A stretch of 61,415 bases of DNA from Bdellovibrionota bacterium (GCA_044345055.1 JBIJBT010000002.1:1-61415); one strand, 5' to 3'; positions 28,428-38,053 are shown, numbered from the stretch's first letter. Numbers and translations: made by a program. Notes: generated by a model not told the origin, from the sequence alone.

Positions 28428-29778
28428 AGAGGTTAGAGCAAAATTAAATGGAAATAATGGTTCGAAGGAAACATCCTCCAGTATACCACAATTTTCTAAA
28501 ATGCCGTCATATTGCTCAAATCTCACAAAAATCGCGGCTAATTCAAGCAGTTTCCATACAGCCTATTGCTCAACGATAATAGGTCAATCCAAATATCTTG
28601 CTCTCCACACAACCTACCTAATTTTCGGAGTTGCTGCAGTGATTCGAACTTACTTGCTTCGGCCTATTTCTCTTCAATTAGTGCAGCTCCTCGCAACAAC
28701 AGTAGCGTTGCTAATTACTCCTCTCAGTCAGTCCGTGATCGCAGAAGATGTCATTACAAAAGATGCAATTGAGTACCAAGTTGCTCAACCGGAGCGAGGC
28801 TTATCGTTTCCCGCGGATCACGGATCGCACCCCGGATTTGAGACAGAGTGGTGGTATCTAACTGGGCACCTTGTTCCAAAGGGAAGCTCCGTATTCGGTT
28901 CGCCGACAAGTTACGGGGTACAGCTTACCTTTTTTCGTCGCCGAAAAGGGGATGGAAGCTGGGGCCAGCTTTATGCAGCGCACGGTGCTTTGGGCGATGT
29001 TGAAGCGGGAACCTTCACCCATGATATGCGGTATGCACGCTCTGGGATGGGTCTGGTCGATATATCGGAGCGTATCCTCAAAATAGCACTCCTTGATTGG
29101 GGGCTAGAATCTATCAGTGATCGATGGTTGCTCCGATGGGGAGTTGGAGAGAATACACAGATTAGGCTTATTACCAATCCAATTATCCCCAAAATGATCG
29201 TCCCTCAGGGCGATGGTGGTTATAGCAAAAAAGCAGAGTGTCAAAGCTGTGCATCTATGTACTATTCAGTCCCACAGATTCAGGCAGAGGGAGAAATTCG
29301 TATCGGTGACAAGGTAGTTCCGGTCAGCGGCATACTCTGGATGGATCATGAGTTTATGACAAATGCATTACAACCTGAGCAAGTTGGATGGGACTGGTTT
29401 TCTCTTATGACTGAACGGGGTCAATCTTTCATGCTTTTTCAGGTGCGGGGAACAGATTCTGCTCATAACTACTTTTCAGCCTCATTTGTTGATAGTGGCA
29501 AGGTTACAAAGCTCGGAGCAGATGATTTTTCAATTAAAGCCGAGTCTTCCTGGGTCAGCCCTCACTCCGGAGCGACCTACCCACAGCGGTGGCGTATAAC
29601 CGCTCCAAAGGTAAATTTTGATGAGGTGTTGATTCCGGCTCTGCCCGATCAAGAGGTTCGTGCGGGTGGAAAAGACCCGATGACGTATTGGGAAGGAGCT
29701 ATCACAAATCGTGAGAACACGGTGAAGGGATTTGCTGAGCTCACCGGTTACGGAAAACCGATATCACCGGGGCTATGA
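28408..29778 (+). CDS. AttH / CrtC (hydroxyneurosporene-synthase-like) lipocalin-type protein, exported
   Basis: FPADHGSHPGFETEWWYLTGHL is the family hallmark. The position after the ABC ATPase and permease matches the Agrobacterium attEFGH order. The start is ambiguous (GTG 28408 or ATG 28420, both overlapping the permease end). Confidence 0.8.
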   Translation: MDGTMSREVRAKLNGNNGSKETSSSIPQFSKMPSYCSNLTKIAANSSSFHTAYCSTIIGQSKYLALHTTYLIFGVAAVIRTYLLRPISLQLVQLLATTVALLITPLSQSVIAEDVITKDAIEYQVAQPERGLSFPADHGSHPGFETEWWYLTGHLVPKGSSVFGSPTSYGVQLTFFRRRKGDGSWGQLYAAHGALGDVEAGTFTHDMRYARSGMGLVDISERILKIALLDWGLESISDRWLLRWGVGENTQIRLITNPIIPKMIVPQGDGGYSKKAECQSCASMYYSVPQIQAEGEIRIGDKVVPVSGILWMDHEFMTNALQPEQVGWDWFSLMTERGQSFMLFQVRGTDSAHNYFSASFVDSGKVTKLGADDFSIKAESSWVSPHSGATYPQRWRITAPKVNFDEVLIPALPDQEVRAGGKDPMTYWEGAITNRENTVKGFAELTGYGKPISPGL

Positions 29779-29812
29779 GAGAGCTACCTTATTTCAAAAC
29801 GATTAATTCATA

Positions 29813-30781
29813 TTAACGGAATTCACCCCGCCGGAACCGACCTGAGCGCAGATTATCTCGAACCCGTGTCTGAAATGCGGCAAACGGAATACCAAAAGCA
29901 CTTCTAAAAGCATCGTTGGCCACGATGCCGCTTCTTAGTTTCTCAAGAAATGTGCGAACCGCGCCCAAACCAAATTGCGATTCTACCATCGAGGCAGCCA
30001 CAAGCGATTGACCATAAGCGGGCGCAACCATCTCGGTAGGTAGCTTGGTAAAGCCACGAGAGAGTCGATCAAAAGGAACCATCTCCTGATTTTTTTTAAT
30101 GTAATCAGATAGAGCCAACCATAGCTGGGGGTGCGCATTTCCCTCAATGAGCTGAGCGAGCCCCTCATCGAGCCACCCGGGACATTTACCATCGGATAGT
30201 GCATTGATCACCGCGTGAAAATATTCATGACGTAGTGATCGCTCAAGCTCCTTTCGATCTAGGTTGCGTGTAGTATCGATGGGAATCACTAACTGGCTTC
30301 TAAAAAACATTGCGTTAGTCCAGCTTGGTAGCTGCGTAACAGCATAAAATTCCTCAGCATCAATCAGCCGAAGAGTGCTTTTTACCCCAGTGATACCCCC
30401 TAGCAGAGAGCTAAACTCGCGATGATTTTTTCGAACAATATCGAGAAGTTCCGGACCAAGGAAGGCCAGAGACGGAGTACTAATAAGCTGAATCGTTGAG
30501 TCTCCCCCAAGCTGGGTCGGCGTGAATGTAACTACTGGACTCTCTAAGCGAGGAGCTGTCTTACTGACCGCAACCACTAATGTTGCCACCCGCTCGACGT
30601 AACTCCCCGATTGAGCTTCAGCAATTTGATTACTGAGAAGATAGCTGGAGAGCATCAGGAAGCTAAACGACCTCACGAGCCGATTCGTTGCCCGAATAGA
30701 GCCTCTAGCTACGCATGTACGAGACTCAATCCGGCCTGAACCACCAATACCGAATGATTGCGTTGAGCTGCGTTGGTACAT
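29813..30781 (-). CDS. secreted zinc metallopeptidase-like protein (peptidase MA type)
   Basis: Signal-like SFSFLMLSSYLLSNQIAEAQ. HExxH in LRHEYFHAV, followed by PGWLDEGLAQLIEG, which matches the MA_2 pattern HExxH...W..EG.A...E. Confidence 0.65.
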   Translation of the reverse strand: MYQRSSTQSFGIGGSGRIESRTCVARGSIRATNRLVRSFSFLMLSSYLLSNQIAEAQSGSYVERVATLVVAVSKTAPRLESPVVTFTPTQLGGDSTIQLISTPSLAFLGPELLDIVRKNHREFSSLLGGITGVKSTLRLIDAEEFYAVTQLPSWTNAMFFRSQLVIPIDTTRNLDRKELERSLRHEYFHAVINALSDGKCPGWLDEGLAQLIEGNAHPQLWLALSDYIKKNQEMVPFDRLSRGFTKLPTEMVAPAYGQSLVAASMVESQFGLGAVRTFLEKLRSGIVANDAFRSAFGIPFAAFQTRVRDNLRSGRFRRGEFR

Positions 30782-30852
30782 CTTCAGGGGCCCTTATAGA
30801 ACGGCACGGTAAACTGCGGGTAGTGCGCTCTCGGCTTTTTTACTACTTCCCC

Positions 30853-30882
30853 CGATGGAAAGACTATCGATGGAAAGACTAT
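30853..30882. repeat. perfect tandem duplication of a 15-mer (CGATGGAAAGACTAT x2) in a divergent intergenic region
   Basis: Read directly from the sequence at 30853-30867 and 30868-30882. Confidence 0.95.
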
Positions 30883-31164
30883 TTTCTATCTCATCTCCTT
30901 GGCAAATCGGCTGATTGGGTTAATTTCTTGAGAGACAAACGAACTCTCTCTTACCCCCCCTCCCCTACCCGTTGAACACACCACTCGGGTCGGTTACACT
31001 AGACGGAGTAACCGCTAGTGTTCGAGAAACCCTAGCATAGTGGATTAGTACCCAAGCAGCGAACCGCTTCATGAGATAAAAGGTAAATCAAAAAGGGATC
31101 GGGGCAAAGCATAGGTCGGATATTAAACACTGAAAAGCTATACATCACCTAAAGGAAGAACAGT

Positions 31165-31548
31165 ATGACGCACGCATCAAGCGATTCTGGAGAAACAACC
31201 GTGCCGTTTGTTGCCACGGATGATCAGCCGATTCTTGTTACCGAACGAGCCGTCGAGGCGATCAAAAAGGCGATCACCGAAGAAGGCGAGCCGGGAGATG
31301 GATTACGAGTTTCGGTCGTTGGAGGGGGTTGTTCGGGATATCAGTATAATCTCGATTTCGACAAAGAAGAGCGGATGGGCGATACCGTGATTGCTCTTAG
31401 CGGCGTTTCGATCTTCCTCGATCCTGTCAGCGTTGGGTATCTACGCGGAACCACCATAGATTTTGTATCAGGATTACAGGGACAGGGCTTTAAATTTACC
31501 AATCCGAACGCCAAGCGGACCTGTGGGTGCGGTAGCTCGTTCTCCTAA
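31165..31548 (+). CDS. erpA: A-type iron-sulfur cluster insertion/carrier protein (HesB/IscA/ErpA family)
   Basis: GLRVSVVGGGCSGYQY and C-terminal CGCGSSFS. Stand-alone placement is typical of erpA, but iscA/sufA cannot be excluded. Confidence 0.85.
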   Translation: MTHASSDSGETTVPFVATDDQPILVTERAVEAIKKAITEEGEPGDGLRVSVVGGGCSGYQYNLDFDKEERMGDTVIALSGVSIFLDPVSVGYLRGTTIDFVSGLQGQGFKFTNPNAKRTCGCGSSFS

Positions 31549-31843
31549 GAAAAAATTCTAGCAGTAAAAGACGATACATTTCTCTCCTTGGATAACTGAA
31601 AAATTCAAGGGGAGAAATCCACCCCCCACCGCCACATCCCCTAATCTTCCCGCTATCTTCCCCCCTCGCCTCCTGGCGAACGCCCCAGATCCACTAAGAA
31701 CATTTCCGATCCAGCGCTACGAAAAAAGCGCGTCAAAATATCATCCATTCCCCTAAATCTGACGATTCACTTTTTAGCTCCGTGGCATCTAATAAATAGG
31801 GCACGGCTCTAAACGGTTTCTAATTTTTTATGGTTTGGGTGTG

Positions 31844-33544
31844 ATGAGGTTTCTAATTTACCTTGCATTGGCATGTTTTACAGTGGCGAAATCTTCCCTT
31901 GTATTCGCCGAAACCCTACGTGTATTTCCAGGTCAGTATGTAATTACTCAATCGGCGCGCGTAGCGCACTTTCGGGAAAATTTTTCTGAAAGTACTCATC
32001 GCACCATTCGACAACTAGGAGGTCGGAGCTCCCTTATCGAGAAAGGAAGTCCATCAGTTAGCGCTTTTAGAACGACCGCAACATCCGAATACGATCCTTC
32101 GGACACGTTCTGCGAAACTCTTTTATCTTCTGGGAAAGCCGATAGCTGTTCACCAAATTATGAAATCAGAAGCCTCGCGACTATTCAAACTAACTCAGAC
32201 CCACTTCTCAGTGAACAGTGGGGATTCAATCGAGTGGGCGGAGCTGCTGTTTGGTCAAAGGTCCAGACAGCAGAAACTTCCATCGTGGCCGTTGTTGACT
32301 CAGGGATTGATTTTACTCATCCCGATCTTCAGGGAGTAGCCTGGGAAAATGAAAAAGAGGTAGCAGGCAACGGCATTGACGATGATGCCAATGGCTACGT
32401 CGATGATCGTTTAGGGATCGACGTAGCAACAAGACAAAGTAATCCGATGGATGCATTCGGTCACGGAACTCACATCGCGGGAATTATCGGTGCCATTCCT
32501 GCAAATCAATTCGGCGTTCGAGGCTTGGTACCGAATGTCAAAATTGTGGCAGTCAAAATATTTGATAATAGAGGAGCTGGTAGCCTTGCAGGTGCGATCG
32601 AAGCGCTTGAGTATGTCGAACAGCTCCGCCTTCGAGGGGTTCCTATCCGTGCTGTAAACGCTTCCTGGGGTGGAAGCGGCCCTTCCCAACCATTAAAAGA
32701 AGCCATTGATCGACTCGGAGCACTGGGAGTTATAGTTGCAGCAGCCGCGGGCAATCAAGGCAACGACAACGACCAAAATCCTGAATATCCAGCGTCTTTT
32801 ACATCTCCAAATCTTGTATCAGTCGCTGCATTGAATGAATCAGGGAGCCGTTCATCCTTCTCAAATTTCGGGAGATCGACAGTTGATATTGCAGCTCCAG
32901 GAGAGGGAGTTGTAAGCACTGTACCGGGTGGCCAGTACGCTTACTACTCCGGGACCTCTATGGCTGCACCCTTTGTAACAAGTGCGGTTGCTCTTCTGGC
33001 AGCACAAAATCCTACCCTTTCAGCGTCTGATATTATTTCCTTAATCACAAACGGAGCAAAAAAATCGGCCACCCTCTCGGAAGAAGTTCTATCTGGTGGA
33101 GAACTATCATTACCCCAACTCTTGGGAGTTCCTGAAGATGAGCCGGTATGTGAAGGTAATGAATGCTCACCTGCCACGGTCGCCGTACACCACCTCTTCT
33201 TTGCTGAACGGCTGAAGGGTAAGGTTCGAAAAGTACGTCAGGTCTCTCCCGGGTCGTCGATAGAGGTTGTAATCCGAGGCGTAGGTACTGGAGAAGTTCC
33301 CGTTCGGCTTTCTGTTGATGGTCACGAGTGTGGCGCTGCGATGAGCGCTAATATCGGAGAAGGGAGCGGGAAACTTTCGATAAATATCACGCGAAATATG
33401 GCCTTTTTCAATAAATTATCGGTCGAATCGATGGGACGAATTAGCTCAGTTCCGGTCAAAAGGAGCCGAACACAAACGATGCGATCGAGCCGTTCGATAG
33501 GAGTAAGATCGATCTGCCGAAGCTTGATCAAAAGAAGCAAATAG
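31844..33544 (+). CDS. secreted subtilisin-family (S8) serine protease with C-terminal extension
   Basis: Signal peptide MRFLIYLALACFTVAKSSLVFAE. Catalytic triad contexts are VAVVDSGID (D), HGTHIAGIIGA (H) and SGTSMAAPFVTSA (S). Confidence 0.9.
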   Translation: MRFLIYLALACFTVAKSSLVFAETLRVFPGQYVITQSARVAHFRENFSESTHRTIRQLGGRSSLIEKGSPSVSAFRTTATSEYDPSDTFCETLLSSGKADSCSPNYEIRSLATIQTNSDPLLSEQWGFNRVGGAAVWSKVQTAETSIVAVVDSGIDFTHPDLQGVAWENEKEVAGNGIDDDANGYVDDRLGIDVATRQSNPMDAFGHGTHIAGIIGAIPANQFGVRGLVPNVKIVAVKIFDNRGAGSLAGAIEALEYVEQLRLRGVPIRAVNASWGGSGPSQPLKEAIDRLGALGVIVAAAAGNQGNDNDQNPEYPASFTSPNLVSVAALNESGSRSSFSNFGRSTVDIAAPGEGVVSTVPGGQYAYYSGTSMAAPFVTSAVALLAAQNPTLSASDIISLITNGAKKSATLSEEVLSGGELSLPQLLGVPEDEPVCEGNECSPATVAVHHLFFAERLKGKVRKVRQVSPGSSIEVVIRGVGTGEVPVRLSVDGHECGAAMSANIGEGSGKLSINITRNMAFFNKLSVESMGRISSVPVKRSRTQTMRSSRSIGVRSICRSLIKRSK

Positions 33545-33583
33545 ATCGTAACTCGCTAACGACGAGGGCGAAAATTTAACTCA

Positions 33584-34192
33584 TTACAAAAAAACTTTAC
33601 CCCTCCTCTCCGTTTTTTTGATCATTAACAGCTGACCACGTAGCAGAATTTCCTTTAGACAAAGAAAAAAAAATGAACCGATCGAAATTTTTTTGAAACG
33701 ATCCACTAGTACCGTGTCATCGAAATAGTATCTTGCTCTCGGTGAGATACGGTGGCACTCTGAACATAACGAAACACCGCCGCGATCGTGAGTGATCTCG
33801 ACGCTGTGTCGGAAAGATTCCCGAATCAAATATGAAACGGGGATCAGATGTTCAGCGATGAGTACAATTAAGTGCTCAGCAGTTTCGAGCTCAGGGCTTC
33901 CCGGATGTTTGAGGGACCTTTGTGAGAAGGAAAGACCGATGAGGCTTCTCTTCTCGGTGAGCTTCGACCGGGACATTTTGGTGGGGTCCCGGCACCTCGC
34001 GGTAAATCTCAGGGTCGTTCGACCGGTGGCCATGAAGAACATTTTCAGGGCACGGGAGGCGAACTCGGAGGAAAGGTTGATAGAGGTCGCTTTGAAAAGA
34101 GCATCTCTGTCAGCAAAGAGAGTATCGACCTTTGTGTGTACGCGACCAGCCGTAAGGAGTATCTGCTCCGTTTTAGTCGGCTCGTTGCGCAA
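33584..34192 (-). CDS. hypothetical ORF (202 aa); coding status doubtful
   Basis: ORF track only. The C-terminal part runs through A/T homopolymer-rich DNA. A competing plus-strand ORF at 33792-34229 is equally unconvincing. Confidence 0.2.
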   Translation of the reverse strand: MRNEPTKTEQILLTAGRVHTKVDTLFADRDALFKATSINLSSEFASRALKMFFMATGRTTLRFTARCRDPTKMSRSKLTEKRSLIGLSFSQRSLKHPGSPELETAEHLIVLIAEHLIPVSYLIRESFRHSVEITHDRGGVSLCSECHRISPRARYYFDDTVLVDRFKKISIGSFFFLCLKEILLRGQLLMIKKTERRGKVFL

Positions 34193-34209
34193 CTTGGAGA
34201 AAAAAGAGA

Positions 34210-34695
34210 ATGGCTACTACGGAATCTGAAACGGCTGCTGCACCAGAACACGCAGCAAAGAAGACCGCCAAGAAAACAATAACACGTAAACCTGCTGCCA
34301 AAAAAACAGCAGAAAAAAAGACAGTGGCTAAGAAGCCAGCTGTAAAGAAGGCTGTCGTAAAGAAGGCAGTTGTAAAAAAAGCTGCTGCTAAGAATCCGGC
34401 TGCAAAAAAGCCAGCTGTGAAAAAGGCAGCACCTAAAGTAGCAGCGAAGAAGCCAGTTGCGAATAAGACAGTAAAGAAAGTAGCTGCTAAAAAGCCAGCT
34501 GCCAAAAAGACAGTCAAAAAAGTAGCTGCTAAAAAGCCAGCTGTGAAAAAGACAGTCAAGAAGGTAGCCGCTAAGAAGCCAGCTGCTAAGAGAACTGTAA
34601 AAAAAGCGGTAAAGACCGCAGCGCCAAAGAAGCTCGTCGCTCGAAAGGTGATTAGCCGCAAGGTGATTGCTCGAAAGGCTGCTCCAACAGCGTAA
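34210..34695 (+). CDS. histone H1-like Lys/Ala-rich nucleoid protein
   Basis: 161 aa, almost entirely AKKPAAKK / KTVKKVAAKKPAA repeats. This resembles Hc1, AlgP and BpH1-type bacterial H1-like proteins. GGAGAAAAAAGAGA lies upstream of the ATG. Confidence 0.85.
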   Translation: MATTESETAAAPEHAAKKTAKKTITRKPAAKKTAEKKTVAKKPAVKKAVVKKAVVKKAAAKNPAAKKPAVKKAAPKVAAKKPVANKTVKKVAAKKPAAKKTVKKVAAKKPAVKKTVKKVAAKKPAAKRTVKKAVKTAAPKKLVARKVISRKVIARKAAPTA

Positions 34696-35008
34696 GCTGT
34701 TGTTGGAGGGAGAGGGTGGCTCGACGTAATTATTGGGCCATCCTCTCTGACAGGCTCTAAAATTAAAGGTTCTAAATAAGCGATAGTTTTCGTCTTAGAG
34801 GTTGTGACGGTCACTCTAGTGAGGTTACCTAAAGTCATTCGGCTACTAAAAATCAATTGAATTGACTAAAACTATCCTCCCGTAAATCGGTTTGGCCCTC
34901 TATTACACTTCATTGCTTTGAAGAGCCTTGTATTCCGCTAAAGCGCTTTATTAAACTAGCGCAATACGAACTCTCTTCCTTCTTTTATTTATTGAGGACC
35001 TTTCTACT

Positions 35009-35752
35009 ATGAAACGACGAGTTGCCCTTAAAACGATCGCAACAGCCACTTCGCTCCTTGTTATGAGCAGTAGCACAAGAGCAGCAGATAAGGTAACCGC
35101 GACGCCAGGTCCGACATCAGCAGCATCAGGCCTACCCCCACTTCCCTACTCCTACGATGCGCTCGCGCCCGTTATTGATGCCGAAACGATGAAGCTTCAC
35201 CACGATGCGCATCACAAAGGCTACCTCGATAAATTAACTGCGGCTCTCAATCAGTGGAGCGCAACCTCAACAGAGGCAAAAGCTCCTCTCTCTAGAATAC
35301 TTTCCCATCTCGATACAGTACCTGAAATCTTTCGCCAGACGATAAGAAATCAGGGCGGAGGCCACCTAAATCACTCACTCTTCTGGGAATCTATGGTCCC
35401 ACCAGATAGTGAAAAAATATCGCCGTTTCTTGAAAGCGAATTAACTACAAGCTTTGGGGGAGTAGCTCAATTTCAGGAGAAATTTGAGACAGTCGGCGCT
35501 TCTCATTTTGGCAGTGGCTGGGTTTGGCTCAGTATGGATAAGGATGGACGGCTAGATCTTGCTTCATACGCAAATCAAGATTGTCCCGCAATGAGCGGAA
35601 AGACCCCACTGCTTGGAAATGATCTGTGGGAGCATGCTTATTACTTAAGCTATCGCAATCGACGAGCAGAGTACCTAAAGGCGTGGTGGCGAGTGGTGTC
35701 GTGGCGTGTAGTTGAACAGCGAATTAATGAGGCGCGAGCAGACTTAAAATAG
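35009..35752 (+). CDS. Fe/Mn-family superoxide dismutase with N-terminal export signal
   Basis: LPPLPYSYDALAPVIDAETMKLHHDAHH and DLWEHAYYLSYRNRRAEYL are SodA/B motifs, preceded by MKRRVALKTIATATSLLVMSSSTRAADK. Confidence 0.95.
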   Translation: MKRRVALKTIATATSLLVMSSSTRAADKVTATPGPTSAASGLPPLPYSYDALAPVIDAETMKLHHDAHHKGYLDKLTAALNQWSATSTEAKAPLSRILSHLDTVPEIFRQTIRNQGGGHLNHSLFWESMVPPDSEKISPFLESELTTSFGGVAQFQEKFETVGASHFGSGWVWLSMDKDGRLDLASYANQDCPAMSGKTPLLGNDLWEHAYYLSYRNRRAEYLKAWWRVVSWRVVEQRINEARADLK

Positions 35753-35811
35753 AGCTTTCTCAGAAAAAGTTCAACCGAGGGAGTTTTTTGAATTTGCCCC
35801 TCCCTCTGCTC

Positions 35812-36264
35812 TCAGTGAAGCTCTTGCAGCGAGACCTGTTTCTCAAGATCCCGAACGAGATTACACACCCGTTCGCGAATTTCATCGGCAAGCACCGCTA
35901 TCAGAGTCCCCGTCTGAGCGACCCCATTATCATTTTGTACCGTTTCTCGGGTAATCCACTCAGCAGAACATTCCAGATGTTCAAGCCTGCTCGTAATCTC
36001 AAGAAGTTTCTGTACGGTATCCATCGGCATCCTCCCAGAGTAACGAGTTAGGCACCTCTTTAATCGAGAAAGCTCCCCATTGAGGGTCTCTTTCCAGGCG
36101 AACCACGTTATTAAAGAGAAAATCTTCAACGCAGCAGCCTCATCTTCCTCTAGATGCGGAGGAACTGACCGCGGGTTCAGATCTGGACCAGAGAAATTGC
36201 CGAGAGAAAAAGGGCGACTCTCAAATATCATTACATTGAAAGATTCAACCGCTGTAAAAACCAA
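35812..36264 (-). CDS. hypothetical protein (150 aa), abutting the EamA gene
   Basis: The ORF starts 1 nt after the EamA stop codon on the same strand. No motif recognised. Confidence 0.5.
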   Translation of the reverse strand: MVFTAVESFNVMIFESRPFSLGNFSGPDLNPRSVPPHLEEDEAAALKIFSLITWFAWKETLNGELSRLKRCLTRYSGRMPMDTVQKLLEITSRLEHLECSAEWITRETVQNDNGVAQTGTLIAVLADEIRERVCNLVRDLEKQVSLQELH

Positions 36265-36265
36265 C

Positions 36266-37144
36266 CTAATTAGCCTTAGCCCCTCTTACCACTATAGGCA
36301 CAGAACCAACACCTATCGCTATTAGAACAAATCCAAAAATAGAATACCCATCTGGTTTTGCCCCAAACATGACCCAGTCGGCTATCGCTGCAAAAACGAC
36401 TGAGAGAAGAGCCAAGGGAGAAATAATCGATGCTGGTGCATACCGATAAGCGCTAGTGAGTAATAGCTGATAAACAGTGCCGGTGATACCGAGTGCCGCG
36501 ACCCACGGAAGAAGCTCTTTTTTTAGGAGGAAAACTCCCGAAAAACCACCTCCAGCTGCCCCGAGAAGCATTCCACACATTGCAAAGGTGATAACTATCG
36601 CATGAGTAGGATACATTCCCCGCATAGCGCGAAGAATCATCATCACATGAGCTGCGAGAATCCCGCCAAGAAGACCTATAAGAGCTGGCACCTGAATGAG
36701 ACCACTCCATGGCTTAAGAACAAAAGTCACGCCAATAAAACCTATAACGGTGGCGATAACCATACCACGCGAAACCGTCTCTCGAAGATACCACGGAGCA
36801 AAGAGCAGAACGAATAGCGGTGCCGTTTCTCGCAAAAGTGTTGCTTCAGCAGCGGAGAGTTTTTTTAAAGAAAGAAATAAGCATGCAAGCGCTGCAGAAC
36901 CGATAATTCCTCTAAGAAACAATAGCCACGGCTTCTTTTCAACGATAGACCCGCCCGCAAATACCGCGACAGGAAGGGTAAGAAGAAACATTATCGCCGA
37001 TCTGATAAAGAGTGCAGTCATACTACCCGCAACCTCACTAACAACCTTAGCGCTTACATTCATAAACGCGACCGAGAGGCTCGCCACGCACATGTAAATT
37101 GATCCACGAGCGATTGAAGAGACAGGGGTGGAAGCTTTGGACAT
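36266..37144 (-). CDS. EamA/DMT-family transporter
   Basis: 292 aa, about 10 TM segments in two EamA-like halves. Confidence 0.85.
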   Translation of the reverse strand: MSKASTPVSSIARGSIYMCVASLSVAFMNVSAKVVSEVAGSMTALFIRSAIMFLLTLPVAVFAGGSIVEKKPWLLFLRGIIGSAALACLFLSLKKLSAAEATLLRETAPLFVLLFAPWYLRETVSRGMVIATVIGFIGVTFVLKPWSGLIQVPALIGLLGGILAAHVMMILRAMRGMYPTHAIVITFAMCGMLLGAAGGGFSGVFLLKKELLPWVAALGITGTVYQLLLTSAYRYAPASIISPLALLSVVFAAIADWVMFGAKPDGYSIFGFVLIAIGVGSVPIVVRGAKAN

Positions 37145-37174
37145 AAATTCCTAAAAACACCTAATCACCCAAGC

Positions 37175-37969
37175 TTACCCTTGACGACAATCCGAACGAA
37201 TTGTCCGTAATTGCCGAAGCACTTCTTTTAAAATGATACGTTGTGGCTCCCATAGAGTAGAGACTCTCAAAAGATTCCCTGACTGGAGCTCCCACGGTCG
37301 CTGATCTACTTCGATACTCGATATCAACTCTCCTAGCGGTTTCATCGAATTAAGTTCGTACGGAAATCGACGTTCAACCTCATTAACAACCTCCTCAAAC
37401 GGCACCCCCGCATTGAGCCGATTTTTCACCAATGCACTCGTTTCCTGCGCATCACTTATCCGCTTCTCAACCCGAAGTAATGAGCGCTCAAATCGCTTTA
37501 TCTCATGCTCGACAACCGTTTCAACATCGAGCAACGCAGCAAGCTCTATCGCAAGAGCTGGCGGTACCAACGATTGGCCATCCTTTACGAGCCGTTCTAG
37601 CCAGGGACTATACCCCTTAAGAAAATAAATCCGGAAAAGAGTCTGCTCGATAGGCAACGGTGATTGCACATCAGCTAAACGCCCAACGAGCTCGAGCAAA
37701 CCCAATCGGGTCAATCGAAATAGCTGTATGCGGCCCCGCCCACTCCGACGAGCAAAACCATCAACTACAAGCTTATCGAGATACCGCGAAATCTGTGTAG
37801 CCTGAAACGGTTCACTCGGCTCCTCAAAGTCAGAGTTCCAATTAAGAAAAAGCTCCGTGAAAAAAAGCATGTCACGGATCCGAAATCCTTCACGAATGTA
37901 GCTCGCATGCGCTGCAAGAGTTGCAGCTCCGATATATACGTTACTTCGGGAGATAAATGAACTATACAT
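37175..37969 (-). CDS. uncharacterised protein with probable winged-helix DNA-binding region
   Basis: QISRYLDKLVVDGFARRSGRGRIQLFRLTRLGLLELV looks like a wHTH recognition helix plus wing. The rest is helical or coiled. It is the first gene of the minus-strand operon and is divergent from pspA. Confidence 0.6.
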   Translation of the reverse strand: MYSSFISRSNVYIGAATLAAHASYIREGFRIRDMLFFTELFLNWNSDFEEPSEPFQATQISRYLDKLVVDGFARRSGRGRIQLFRLTRLGLLELVGRLADVQSPLPIEQTLFRIYFLKGYSPWLERLVKDGQSLVPPALAIELAALLDVETVVEHEIKRFERSLLRVEKRISDAQETSALVKNRLNAGVPFEEVVNEVERRFPYELNSMKPLGELISSIEVDQRPWELQSGNLLRVSTLWEPQRIILKEVLRQLRTIRSDCRQG

Positions 37970-37981
37970 TGTTACATTGTA
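37963..37981. promoter_or_regulatory. operator-like tandem TACATTGT TACATTGT abutting the start codon of the wHTH gene
   Basis: Sequence ...aTACATTGTTACATTGTa... The 12-mer TGTTACATTGTA recurs in the palindrome at 38054-38070, and GATTAACTA follows both copies (37986-37994 and 38081-38089). Confidence 0.5.
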
Positions 37982-38053
37982 TAAAGATTAACTAATTCAA
38001 AATACCTCATAGATTCCATGTTTAAAGCGCTATAAATAGCCTTAATTCATGTA

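Noticed and set aside
34173-34856. 227-aa minus-strand ORF full of FFAA/GFLAA repeats
   Set aside because: It is the reverse-complement shadow of the Lys/Ala repeat gene (AAG/GCT-rich codons read backwards). The plus-strand H1-like ORF has an RBS and a recognisable family.
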